Assembly (NCBI RefSeq): GCF_963921235.1
Contig: NC_086109.1
Location: forward strand, 23,314,001 to 23,378,000
Length of the DNA stretch: 64,000 nucleotides
Origin: Mobula hypostoma
Taxonomy: Eukaryota
Direction of reading: 5' to 3'
Shown here: piece by piece, positions 39,411 to 51,458 of the stretch
Layout of the letters: every line of letters begins with the position of its first letter
How positions within the stretch are numbered: the stretch's first letter is position 1
The notes under the pieces: generated by a model
The model's input: the letters and a program-made list of their open reading frames with translations, nothing else
Databases searched by the model: none
Told to the model about the DNA's origin: nothing
Position numbers and translations under genes: made by a program

Positions 39411-40627
39411 TCCCTTGGTGATACGGGCAGCGCGGTAGAAGGTGATAGCCCTTCTCAAGTTTTCCTGTGAATCACCCCCTCCGCCTCCCCACAGATATTC
39501 ATAGTCACGTATCAGCCATACATTTTCCTGACCACTGCACTTGGATTAAATCCATGGAACTTCCTTGCTAAATGTTGAGAGAACACCAACATGGAGTCCA
39601 TCACTTCCTCAAGGGGCAATAAATGCCAGATTTTCCAACGATGCTTAAGACTGAGTCATGAACACTTGTAAACAAAATGTGCTGACCCTTACAAAAATGA
39701 GAGAGGTGTTTAACAATTGTATTGTATGATGCTGCCCCCTATCCAGGACAGGCTGCATAAACACTGATGATTCCCTGATTTTTTTTCAATGAATATTTAA
39801 TACTTTATGATTGCTCTCTTCTTATTCTCCTATTGTTATGTCTGGCCGAATGCTTTTGATAGCAACTGATCGGAGAACATCCTGCGTAAATCCTGGCCAC
39901 TGCGTTTTAAAGGAGCTATCAGCTAAAGTCTTTCTGCTTCCCACCTTTCTCTCCGGGGAGCCTGGATTGTATGCGTTCGAATGGAAAAACACAGCAAAGC
40001 TCACATTCTCTCTGGATGTGCTTCCTCGTGCACTGAAACCTTTGCAGCAAGACTTCTGTTTGGCAACAGAACCTGAGCAATTGTCCTCACACGTGGAAGC
40101 ATAAGGTGGAATACTGATCAATTTGAAAGCGCTTGCAAGGACTCTACAACTCAGGTTCTCAATATTATTTATTTATTTATTATTTTGTTTTTCTCTTTGT
40201 ATTTGCATAATTGTTGTCTTTTGCACATTGGTTGTTTGTCCATCTTCGAGTGTAGTTTTTGATTGATTCTATTCTGTTTATTTGTATTTACCGTGAATGC
40301 CTGCAAGAAAATTAGTACATTACAAATCTGTACATTAGTAGTGTGCACACATTGTGGACACAACTCCATTGTTACTCATGTGGCTTTTTAAGATGGTACA
40401 CTCTTCCAAAAGTTTGCGGCACTTCTACCCCAGACTTTGCTCCTCACTGTCTGGTGACAGGAGATTCTAGACTGTCCTGCTTCCCCACAATGCTGTGGCA
40501 TTGGCTTCAGTGCATACCTCAGCGGCTACCTCCACTTGCAATGGACCAGTCAGCATTATTCCCTTTGCTGGAGGACCAACAAGTTTTGGTGCACCATCAC
40601 AGGGTGGTTGATCTTCCAGTTGCAGTT

Positions 40628-40663
40628 TGTGTATGTGTGTGTGTGTTTGTGTATGTGTGTGTA

Positions 40664-40696
<33 letters not shown>

Positions 40697-40707
40697 CTGT
40701 GTCTGTG
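40628..40707. repeat. Imperfect (GT)n microsatellite
   Basis: Seen directly. Confidence 0.9.
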
Positions 40708-42877
40708 TCCGTGTCCCTGGGAACAGCCCATACATCAGAGGATCCGCTGCTCTGCAGCTGCTTGGGGTAAAATGTGGCAATGCACCCTGCATCCTTCTCC
40801 AGACGTACTTTGTCAATGGACAGCCTGCAAAGAGATCGGCATCCATCTTCTGTCTCTTGTGTTCTAAAAATTGATTTGTGTCAACTTTGGCCTAGTTTAG
40901 GCTTATGTAAAGCATAAAACAAAGAAGATAGAAACATTGAACAGTACAGGTACAGCCTCCATTTTTCTTTCATCCACAGGCCTATCTAAGAGCCTCTTAA
41001 ATGTCTAATGTATCTACCTCTACCGCCACTTTAGAGTTTCTATGGTTCTGATGGGGTCTTTGTCTTGATCAATGACCACCTCCTTCTAGCCACAGCCACC
41101 TGACTGCCTCCAGAGGTTATACTAAGGTGTGAAGGGAATAGAACAAACTGGAGGCAGCAGCATGCCCCACAACTGTACAGCAGTTATTATAACACCTGGG
41201 CTCAATTCCGCTGCTGTCTATACGGAGTTTGCACGTTCTCACCATGACTGTGTGTTTCCTCCGCGTGCTCCGATGTCCACCGTTTCAAAGATGTACGGTC
41301 AGTAGGGTAATTGGTCACATGGGTGTAATTGGAGGGCACGGACTCGCTGGGCTTGAAGGGCCAGTTACCTTGCTGTCTCTCTAAAATAAATATAGATAAC
41401 AACCACTCTGAGGTCAGAATTTGATCCAATGGATTTCTGCTGTGACAATAATTGAGTCTGTCCACTAGAGGGCAGGCTTACTTTATGTGGATAGTACCTC
41501 TAACCTCAGCTGTGCTCAAAGAGAGATGTGTCAAATGGGTATTTATTATTAGACATTTAAAAGTTTTAATTAAATATATTAATATATAAACATGGTGATG
41601 TTAGTTTCCTGTCACACTGCCGAATTGGTGATATTCTGTCCTGGCCTATATTAGAATTGATGAATAACTCACACAGACATGGTACTGTAGCGGTTGGTGT
41701 AAAGCTACTACAGCGACAGCCACGTCGATTCATTTCCCACTGCTGTCTGTAAGGAGTTTGCATTTTCTCCCTGTGACTGCGTGCTTTTCCTCCCAAAGGC
41801 GTATGGGTCATTAGTAGGTTAGTTGGTCACATGGCTGTAACTGGGCAGCGTGGGTTTGTTGAGCTGGAAAGGCCCTGTCACCGTGCTGTATCTCTAAATA
41901 AATGATAAGCAATAAATAAAATGCTGCACAGACTCAGCAGGGTGGGCATCTATGGAGAGAAATAAACAGCCGACATTCAGCCCGAATATCTTGTGTCTTT
42001 AGAATTGATTATCTGTGTTATTTCGAGCATTGCTCCAAACATTAAAAGTATAATCCCTGTGGCACCTTGCTGGAGAATAGAAGGATTAGTAATTGTGGCC
42101 TAACTTCTAAACTTTTCCTTGTCTCTCAACCCCCACCCCTTTGTGTCAGCTGTCCACGACGGCATTGGTGGAAATGACAACAGCACAGGCCGTGTGGAGA
42201 CTAAATGCTGGGCCGGGCTTCCGACTGAGGATTTTTTTCATTGTGTTGTGCGGCACTAAAATCATGTCAAATAGACAGACTCGGGACCAATGTGGCTCGA
42301 TGAGATGCTGTGGGCCTTACCTGCATTAAAAGATTACATCATCGTAACCTCATCCTACGTCAGGGCCCACATAGTCTTCATTCTACCTCTGCAATCAAGA
42401 CAATTAGCTGACCTTGGTTTAAGGTGAGTGCAGTGGGACATGATGGTTACAGCACTGGGTGCCCCCAGATGCGAGCAGCACAGTCACACTACCTCGATGT
42501 CATTTTAAAAGTAATCAACAGTGCATTTAACGTGGATTTAGACAATTGTTTTGTAGCTATCTAGAAACATAAGGCAATATGAAAAAAAATAGCAGTGTGG
42601 ATCCAAAACACAAGGGAGATCTCTAAGGATTTTTTTGATTTAGAAAAACAGCACAGTAACAGCCCTCCCAGTCCAACAGGCCCGATTGCCCAATTACACC
42701 CATGTTACTAGTCAACCCAAACATCTTTGGAATGTGGGAGGAAACTGGAGCACTTGGAGGAAACTCACGCGATTACGGGGAGAATGTACAAACTCCTTTC
42801 CAACAGTGGGGGAATTGAACCTAATTCACTGGCACTGTAATAGCATTATGCTGATTGTAACATTATGCTACGTATCA

Positions 42878-43597
42878 CACTGCCCCTGGCTCCCTGACTT
42901 GCGAGGAATTTACCTACCACCCCACCAGCCTCCGCGTCCGGCACATAATTCTCCGAAACTTTCGCCACTCCAACTGGATCCCACCACCAAACACATCTTT
43001 CTCTCCACTCCACTTTCTGCTTTCCACAGGGATCGATCCCTACGCGACTCCCTTGTCCATTCATCCCTCCCCACTGATCTCCCTCCAACACTTATCCTTG
43101 CAAGTGGAGCAAGTGCTTCAGTTGCCCCGACACCTCCTCCCTCACTACCATTCAGAGCCCCAGACAGTCCTTCCAGGTGAGGCAGCACTTCACCTGTTAG
43201 TCTGTTGGGCTCATTTACTGTGTTCGGTGCTCCCAGTGTGGCCTCCTGTAGATTGGTGAAACCTGACGTGGATTGGGAGACAGCTTCACCAAGCATCTAC
43301 GCTCCATCCGCCAGAACAAGCAGGATCTCCCAGTGGCCACCCATTTCACCAATCAACTTCCTAGCTCCTTGCTTCATCCCTCCCCTCCAAGTTTCACCCA
43401 TCGCCTGGCATTTCTCTCTCCCCTCCCCCACCATTCAATTCTACTCCTCAACTTCTTTTCTCCAGTCCCGCGGAAGGGAGTCGGCCCGAAACGTCGACAG
43501 TACTTTTTTCTATAGATGCTGCCTGGCCTGCGGAGTTCCTCCAGCATTTTGTGTGTGTCGCTCAGATTTCTGGCATCTGCAGATTTTCTCTTGTTTG
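42878..43597 (+). mobile_element. Penelope-like fragment (RT C-terminus, GIY-YIG, terminus)
   Basis: QLDPTTKHIF, HLRSIRQNKQDLPVATHF; degenerate hammerhead at about 43464-43500. Confidence 0.85.
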
Positions 43598-43789
43598 CTA
43601 GGAATTTAGCCATTTTCTATATTACGCTGAAACCATATTGGGATTATGTTTAGTAGGGGAATTTTAGTGGATTGCTGAAGGAAAAAACTAACTGGAAGTT
43701 ATTTATTTAGTGAAGTACAAAGATCAGAAAGATTACAGGTTTGACTATACTAGAAGTAGTCCAATCACTCGAGTTGATTAACGTGTTCT

Positions 43790-44160
43790 CTTCAGGGGTT
43801 ACTCCCTTCATGGAGAACACCAATGCATGGCTTTGTTTAATGTGGGGAGACAAATACATGGGCAGCTACCACATGGCCCTGACAGATCGGGGCCAGGGTC
43901 CAGTGGCTTGGAATGCAAGATCCCCGGGGAGTCTTCACTGCGGCAGCCTTCCTCCACCTTCACTGTGGTTGTGAAGTGTCGTCATCTTCTGCCAACTCCA
44001 CTGCCGAGATCCTGGTTGGATCACTCTTTGGCTGGAACCTCCTCCTTGACCTTCCCACCGCGGGTGACCCTACCTGTACCTAAACAATGGACGGCACCGC
44101 TCTTAGGATCTCGCGAACTCTCAGGCTTGTCCACCATGATGAGGTGATGATCCTCAGAGA
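43790..44160 (-). mobile_element. Probable RTE-clade 5' UTR fragment
   Basis: ttgacc...gggtgaccctacc and ccaccatgatgaggtgatgatcc resemble recalled RTE 5' motifs. Confidence 0.45.
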
Positions 44161-45049
44161 AAAGGTTTAACTGTACTTTGTACAGAATACTGGGATCTAT
44201 GTCACTGCACAATCTCGTTTGCCAACACTGTGAAGGATTAGGTTGCTCATCTCTCCCATTCCCCCTGCTCTGCAATCCATTCAATCTGGGCAGGATGTAA
44301 TTTTCAACACCGTGCAACAACAACAACCAACTTGATTTATATAACAGCTGCGGTGAGGGGAAAATGACCCAGGGCATATCGCAGGATCATAGCTCAAATC
44401 AACATTGATACGGAGCCACAAGGAAAGTATCAGGGAGAGGCAAGATCGATGGCACTATGTGTGGAGAGCTTTCTAACTGGCTGGATGACTGACTGGTACA
44501 GAGGGGCCACTGCACTGGATTGGAAAAAGCTGTGGAGGGCTGCAAACTCAACCAGGTCCACCATGGGCTGACCAGCATTCAGAATTGATGTCCATAGATT
44601 TCAGGAAATTACAGCAGTACATAAAGTTATGGGAGGCGTAGATAGAGGAAACAGTCAGAGTCTATTTCCTAGGGTGGGAATGTCAAATACCAGAGGGCAA
44701 AGGTTTAAGGTTAAAGGTTAATGTGGATGTACGGGGCAAATTTCTTTTTAATTCATTGACTGGTCGGTGTTTGGAATGTGCTGCTGGGAGAGTGGAGGAA
44801 GGAATGAAGAAGACACATTTAGACAGGCTGGGAACAAGATATGAATATACGTGGGCAGAAGGGATTGCTGTATTTAGATTGACATCATGCTTGGCACGTA
44901 CATAGTTGTCTGAAGGGCCTGATCCTGCACTCCATGGTTCTGTGTTCTATATATTGCAGTTGGAATCGCTTTATTATGGTCACATGCACCGCCATACAGT
45001 GAAAGCAAGGACTGGAGTTTCTGGAATCAATTTGGTAGGCGGAGGGTAG

Positions 45050-46885
45050 ACTCATTCCAAAGAAGAAGTTTTCTAAAGGGAGGAACGGGAAGCTTTTAAA
45101 AGCCAAAAAAAAAAGCAATAAGGAGACAAAAGATGAAATATGAAGTTAAAAAGAGGATACCAGAAGTTTTTTTCAGACATACATATAAAGATATCAGACC
45201 GGTGGAAAATGATGCTGGAGAGATAGTAATGAGGGACGAAGAAATGGCAGATGAACTCAATAAGTATTTTGCACCAGTATTCACTACGGAAGATACCAGC
45301 AGTTTGCAAGAAATTGGAGAGTGAGGCAGAAGTGAGCGTAGTCCTATTACTAATGAGAAGGTGCTTTTAGGAAGCTGAAAGGTCTTAAGATACATAAGTC
45401 ACCTGGACCAGATGGATTACACTTCAGTGTTCTGAAATAGGCAGTTAAAGCGATTGTGGAGACATTAATAGCGATCTTTCGAGAATCACTTGATTCTGGA
45501 ATAGTCCTGGAGGACTGGAAAATTGCAAATGTCACTCTGCCCTTTAAGAGAGGCAAAAAACAAGAAATTATAGCCCAGTTAGCCTGACTTCATTGGTTGC
45601 GAAAATTTTGGAGTCCATTATTAAGGATAAAGTTTCAAGTTACTTGGAGTCACAGGATAAATATGTCGAAGTAATCATGGTTTCCTTCAGGGGAATTCTT
45701 GCCTGATCAATCTGCTGGAATTCATTGAGGAAATAACAAGCAGGATTACGCGGTGGAGGTTGTTTACTTGGATTTTCAGAAGGCCTTCGAGAAGATGCCA
45801 CATATCAGGCTGCTTAACAGGAGCACATGGTATTACAAGAAAGATAGTAAAGATAGAAGATTGGCTGATTGACAGGAGGTAAAGATAGAAGATTGGCTGA
45901 TTGACAGGAGGCAAAGAGCGTGAATGAAGGGAGCCTTCTCTGTTTGGCTGCTGGTGACTAATGGTGTTGTGCAGAGGTCAGTGTTAGGACCACTCCTTTT
46001 GACTGTATGATCTGGATAGTGAGAAAGCAGGGAGTCTGTGAAAAGACTTAGATTAGATGAGTGGGCAAAGAAGTAGTAAACAGAATACAGTGTAGGCAAA
46101 CATATGATCATACACTTTGGTAGAAGGAACATACGCATAACTATTTACTAAACAGGGAGTAAATTCAGAAATCAGACTTGGGAGTCCTCATGCAGGATTC
46201 TGTAAAATTAACTTGAGTCAATGGTAAGGAAGGCAAATGCAATGTTAGCATTATTTAGAGAGAACTAGAATATAAAAGCAAGTCTGAAATATTGAGGCTT
46301 TATAAGACCTTGGTCAGACCGCACTTGGAATACAGTGAGCGGTTTTGGGTCCCTTATCTAAGAGAGGATATGCTGGTATTGGAGACGGTCCAAAGTAGGT
46401 TTTATGAGAATGATCCCAGGAATGAAAGGGTTAATGTATGAGGAGCGTTTGAAGGCTTTGGGTCAGTACTCAATGGAATTTAGGAGAATGAGAGGGGATC
46501 TCCTTGAAGCGTATCAAATTTTGAGAGGCCCAGATAGAGAGAATGTGGAGAGTATGTTTCTTATAGGGGGGGGAGTCTAGGACCAGAAAGCACAGACTCA
46601 GAATACAAGGACGTCGCTTTGGAACAGAGATGAGGAGGAATTTCTTTAGCTAGTGGGAGATGTATCTATGGAATTTTTGCCACGGATAGCCTTGAAGGCT
46701 AAGTCATTGTGTATATTTAAAACAATGGTTGATAGATGTTTGATTAGTAAGGGTGTGAAAGGCTATGGGAGAAGTTAGGAGAATGGGGTTGAGACAGATA
46801 ATACATCAGCCATGATTGAATGGTGGAGCAGACTCGGTGGGTCAAATGCCCTAATTCTGTTCCTATATTTTATGATCTTATGATA
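45050..46885 (+). mobile_element. 5'-truncated, disrupted CR1 LINE
   Basis: DEEMADELNKYF, KSPGPDG, EDWKIANV, YLDFQKAF, RPHLEY motifs; CR1 3' UTR ending ttatgatcttatg; internal 32-bp tandem duplication 45847-45910. Confidence 0.9.
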
Positions 46886-47094
46886 TAAAATCTTGTTCCT
46901 ATGTATCTAATCATTACACAATGCTTTAAGGTACAACAAGGTTAAACAATAAAAATGCAGAATGAAGTGTAAACACTGCAGAGAAAGTGCAATGCTGGTA
47001 AACGATAAGGTTCAAGTTTATAATGAGGTTGATTGTGAGGTCAAGAGTTCAATTTATCATAGTAGGGAACTATTCAATAGTCTTATTATCGTGC

Positions 47095-48235
47095 GGTAGA
47101 AGGTGTTTCAGAAAGGCAGTGTCCATTATTAAGGACCTCCAGCACCCAAGGCATGCCCTTCTCTCACTGTTACCATCAGGTAGGAGGTACAGGAGCCTGA
47201 AGCCACACACTCAGCGATTCAGGAACAGCTTCTTCCCCTCTGCCATCCGATTGCTAAATGGACATTGAACCCATGAACACCACCTCACTTTTTAATATAT
47301 ATTATTTGTTTTTTTGCACGATTTTTAATCTATCCTATATACGTATACGGTGATCGATTTATTTATTTTTCTCCTCTTCTTCTTCTATATTATGTATTGT
47401 ATTGAACTGCTGCTGCTAAGTTAACAAATTTCACGGCACATGCCAGTGATAATAAACCTGTTTCTGATTCTTTGATGCTCGTGGTATGAGCTTTTAGGTT
47501 TTCGTATCCTCTGCCCAATGGGAGGGAGGAGATGAGTAAATACCCAGGGTGGGTGGGGTCTTTGATTATTCTGTATGGAGGAGAGGCTGGTTTCCGTGAT
47601 ACGTTTCTTACAGTCATGGGCAGAGCAGTTGCTGCACTAAGACATCATGCACCCAGAGAGGACGCTTCCTATGGTGTATTGATAACATTTGCTAAAGGTC
47701 GATGGGGGCATACCACATTTTTTTAGCATGCTGAGGAAGCAGAGGCATTGGTGATCTTTCTTGTCCATGGACCAGGACAGACTATTGATGACGCTCACTC
47801 CAAGGAACTTGAAGCCTACAACCCTCTGAACCTCAATACCATTGATGTAGACAGAAGCATGAGAACTGTCCCACTTCCTGAATTCAATGGTCAGCTCTTT
47901 TGCTTTGATGACAAGCTCTTTATCTCAGTCTTATATTCAGAATTATCATTATTTTGAGATGCAGCACACTACGGTAACATCATCTATGAACTTCTAGAAT
48001 CTAGAGGTTGGGTTCCCAAACTTTTTTATGCTATGGACCAATACCATAAAGCAGGTGGTCTGTGGACCTTGGGTTGGGAAGCTCAGTTCTAGATGGAGTT
48101 CTAGACAGAATATGGCCATGCAGTTATGAGTTTACAGAGGGTAGAGTAGGGGACTGAGGTTGCAAGTTTGTGGAGCAGCGGTGTTTAGAGTAATCTTGCA
48201 TAGGTTTTCTGATTATGGTTTGTTAGTCACACATT
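47095..48235. mobile_element. Rex1-type fragments: plus copy 47095-47470 adjacent to minus copy 47475-48235
   Basis: RKAVSIIKDLQHPRHALLSLLPSGRRYRSL (+); IIKDPTHPGYLLISSLPLGRGY (-). Confidence 0.7.
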
Positions 48236-49529
48236 CGAAGTCCAGTTATAGACAGAGTCAACTTGAGAAATTAAGTTAGGAATAGGGCTAAGGTTCCCCC
48301 TCTGCACTGTTATTTGCCCCTCTAATTTCCCGAAACCTATGGACATCAGTTTTGAATGAAATCAATGACTGAACTTCCAGATAAAGAATTTCAAAAATTC
48401 AATCTCTGAGTGAAGATACTTCTTATATAATTTCTAGAAGGCCTACTCTATTGTACTCTACTCTATTTGAATTTGTGATCCTTCATAAATTCTATTAAGG
48501 TCCTGAGCCATGTTAAACATTTTCCCAAGTCCTTTCCACCCTGGGGAGAAATACCCTATTTTTGCCTCTCTTAACTTCATAAACCTCTGCCAGGTTATCC
48601 TTCAGCTCCCAATGCTCCAGAGAGTTTATCAAAACTCTCCTTATATCTGATTAATTTCAAACCAGGCTACATCTGCACTCTCAAACGGCTGCACCTTTTA
48701 ATGAGATCACCTCTCATTCTTTTAAGAACCATGGTTTAGTCCTCAGTGTCTCACAAAGTTATAGGTTCTGCTGCCTGGAAGGGTAAAGATAATGGGAGGG
48801 CAGGGATAGGAACACATGCTTTCAAGTCCTCCCCCCACCCCCAGATCACACACCATTCTAACCTCAGAAAATAGCTGTCATTCATCTGTCATCACGGATC
48901 CAAAACCCTGACACTCACAGATGCAGAGGGGTGGGGGGTTGTCATGAGGGATGGGGGTGATTAGGATGGTTGGGGGAGGTTCAGTATTGAGGGAACACCT
49001 TCATTTCCCAGAATACATAATTCAAGGTTGACCAACTTCTCACAGAGTAATGAGGGCAATAAATATACTGCTTGCTGGTGCCACCCTTATCTCTTAAGAA
49101 AGTTAAGGAATTGTTTTTAAAACTTCATTTTCCATTTTGAGGCAATAAAAGACCCCAACTATTTATCACAGCTGAAATGGACTAAAGATTGAACATTTGA
49201 GAATGTACCGTGCCATGTTATTTAACACATAGAAGTAACTTAAATATCATTTAGTTGCTGATATGCTTGTGTTTCTACTATCTCACTTCTAAATTGCTAT
49301 TTGCTATCAACTGTATTCTTCAATAATCAATTTACCATATTTAGCAATAATTCGTTAACTAATAATACTAATAGGAGGAAAATATTTTTTCATTCGTAAA
49401 GAGGTATCAAGTTATGATCATTGTGGTATTTTTGGACACACCTGGCGATGTTTACAGTATAACTCGCCGGACGGGACTGCACATTCCCATCCATTCAGTA
49501 GTAGTAAAGGAATCGTTCCTATTTGGTTC

Positions 49530-49930
49530 CTGGCCCAGTTCTGCGGTTACTTCGAGAGTCCCCCGTGGATCGAGGCTTCACCTCCGCGGATTTCTCACTT
49601 ACACATCCCCCCTGAGAACATTGTACCAACACAACACACTCTCCAGATTTACGCCGATGACACCCGGCTCTCCCTTACTGTCACCTCTCTTAACCCCTTT
49701 ACCGTTCCCAAATTCCAGACTAATAGTCTGACATGAAGTACGGAAGGACCAGGCATTTCCATGAACTAAAAGCCATTATCCTCAGTTCTGTCCCTTCAAA
49801 ATCCAAATGCAACCGCATTACGACGCGGTTTTTCAATTCCTAAACTCTGGAATTTCTTCCTTTAGCACGTCGACCTTTCTTTCTCTCTCTCTCTCGCCTT
49901 TATTACCCCCGACCATACTTTTTTAAAATC
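49530..49930 (+). mobile_element. Ancient L2 LINE remnant at the edge of the CpG-rich region
   Basis: VTSRVPRGS...FLTYTSPL and IYADDTRL (GVPQGS / YADD motifs); cctaaactctggaatt 3' motif. Confidence 0.65.
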
Positions 49931-49954
49931 ATCCACGTGTGGAATCGGTGTTAC

Positions 49955-50030
49955 CTTTTGCCTATTCACGCTCCGGTGAAATGCCTCCAAGCACTTCAGT
50001 ACGTCAAAGACGCCACCTAATTGCGCCCTG
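49955..50030 (-). other. Candidate non-coding first exon of the minus-strand transcript (start approximate)
   Basis: Donor AAG/GTAACA with GT at 49954-49953, just downstream of the ZNF143 motif on minus. Confidence 0.45.
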
Positions 50031-50062
50031 TTATTGTTCTGTGTTTACTCTGCGCTACCACT

Positions 50063-50088
50063 GGACTACAATCCCCAAAATCCCTCGC
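50063..50088 (+). promoter_or_regulatory. ZNF143/THAP11-type (ACTACAnnTCCCA-like) promoter motif
   Basis: GGACTACAATCCCCAAAATCCCTCGC, close to the known ACTACAATTCCCAGAATGC consensus. Confidence 0.75.
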
Positions 50089-50099
50089 CACAGCCGCAG

Positions 50100-50265
50100 C
50101 CGGGCTGTCAGTCGAGAGCGCAGGTGGCTGGAACTGACTCCGATCAGCTGGAGGGAGTGAAATCTGCGTCAGTTTCACTGAAAAACACACTATCCCCGGC
50201 CGGGTGCGACACGAATCAGAACTCCAGGCATCAAACAGCGGACCGGGAGTTTTCACCGTCAGTGG
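50100..50265 (+). other. Candidate non-coding first exon of a plus-strand gene (start approximate)
   Basis: GC-rich, ATG-free, ends at near-consensus donor GG/GTAAGT (GT at 50266-50267). Confidence 0.6.
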
Positions 50266-51458
50266 GTAAGTGATTTCTGTACAATTTAACAACAGTACTG
50301 AGAACAGAAACTGTTACATTCGCCACCCAAGCGACATTTCTGACTAATGCCGTTACAACATTGCCAGTGGGAGTAGCCTTTATATTTAGACCTACTTTTC
50401 TATTGCCTTCAACTGTTCCGCAAAATTATGGTAAATTTACAAATGAGATAGAACTCTTAGGGAGGGAGACAAATTTTAGAAACGGGCCGAATGCTTAACG
50501 TACAGGATACATATCTGTATCACCGCAGTTTTCAAAGAATTACAACGCGAGTGAAAGAAAGTTAAGAGAGGAGGAGATTGAGAAATGAGTTCCCCTTGTG
50601 TTGTTTCATCCGCTACTGTTTACAAACCCGAAAGCTGGAACGTGGACTATTTATATTCCGCAAGATGGCTCGCAATCGTCCAGGCTGTGGAAGGCAGCGA
50701 CCTCTACAGATGTTACTCGAAGGAGACTTCGATAGAACTCAAGGACAGCCAGTTTGGAGATTCTGCGAATGACACAGTCCTCCCGCGCCCGCTCCGTCCC
50801 GCAAATTGCCGAAAGTTAATTTGATTTTCATTAAAATACCCGCTGTCAGAAACTTTTTTCCCCCTCCTGATGAAATATTTAGGTCCGGGCTGTCTGTCGG
50901 AGGTCACAAAAACGCCGGAATATCTTGCACGCTGCATTGATAATGAGATAAAAGCCTTTACAATTATTTAACAACTTTCACCATCTGAATACTTTTGAAT
51001 GGCAGCCGGGACACTTTCATAAGCGAAGCAAACGCGACGACTGCACTTCACAGACCGTAGTTCACACATAGTCACGTGATTGGGGGGAACAAAAATAATT
51101 AGATTTAATTTCAGAAAACAATGTTTTGGGACAAAGTATACGTGCACTGCTTGACACACACCTAATACGTGAAAAATGATTTTTTTTGTGTGGACGAAAT
51201 GATTGCTGCAGCTCTGCTTTATTTCATTATTATGTGTTTGTTGGTATGATAAGCGGTGAACTCGAATGAGTGGCGTGAATAGGAATTTCTGGTAAAAAAG
51301 ACTGCGGTCTGCGTTATTGTAATTTAATCTTGGTGGTATCAGTTGAGCAATAAATATGGATCTGAACACCGGGGAGAACTGCCCTGATCTGGTAACAGTG
51401 CAGCGGGATTTGTTTTGTTTTGCGTCCAGCTTAGAAGGTTTCGGCTGAGTAGACAAGG

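Larger units (their letters stand above)
49900..51450. promoter_or_regulatory. CpG-rich, probably bidirectional promoter
   Basis: Unique sequence with visibly high CpG; ZNF143-type motif, CACGTG (49934-49939), CRE-like TACGTCA (50000-50006), YY1-like CAAGATGGC (50661-50669), GTCACGTGATTGG (51071-51083); divergent splice donors. Confidence 0.75.

Noticed and set aside
18398..40874. Cys/Val- or His/Thr-rich ORFs at 18398-18613 and 40343-40874
   Set aside because: Translations of (CA)n/(GT)n microsatellites.
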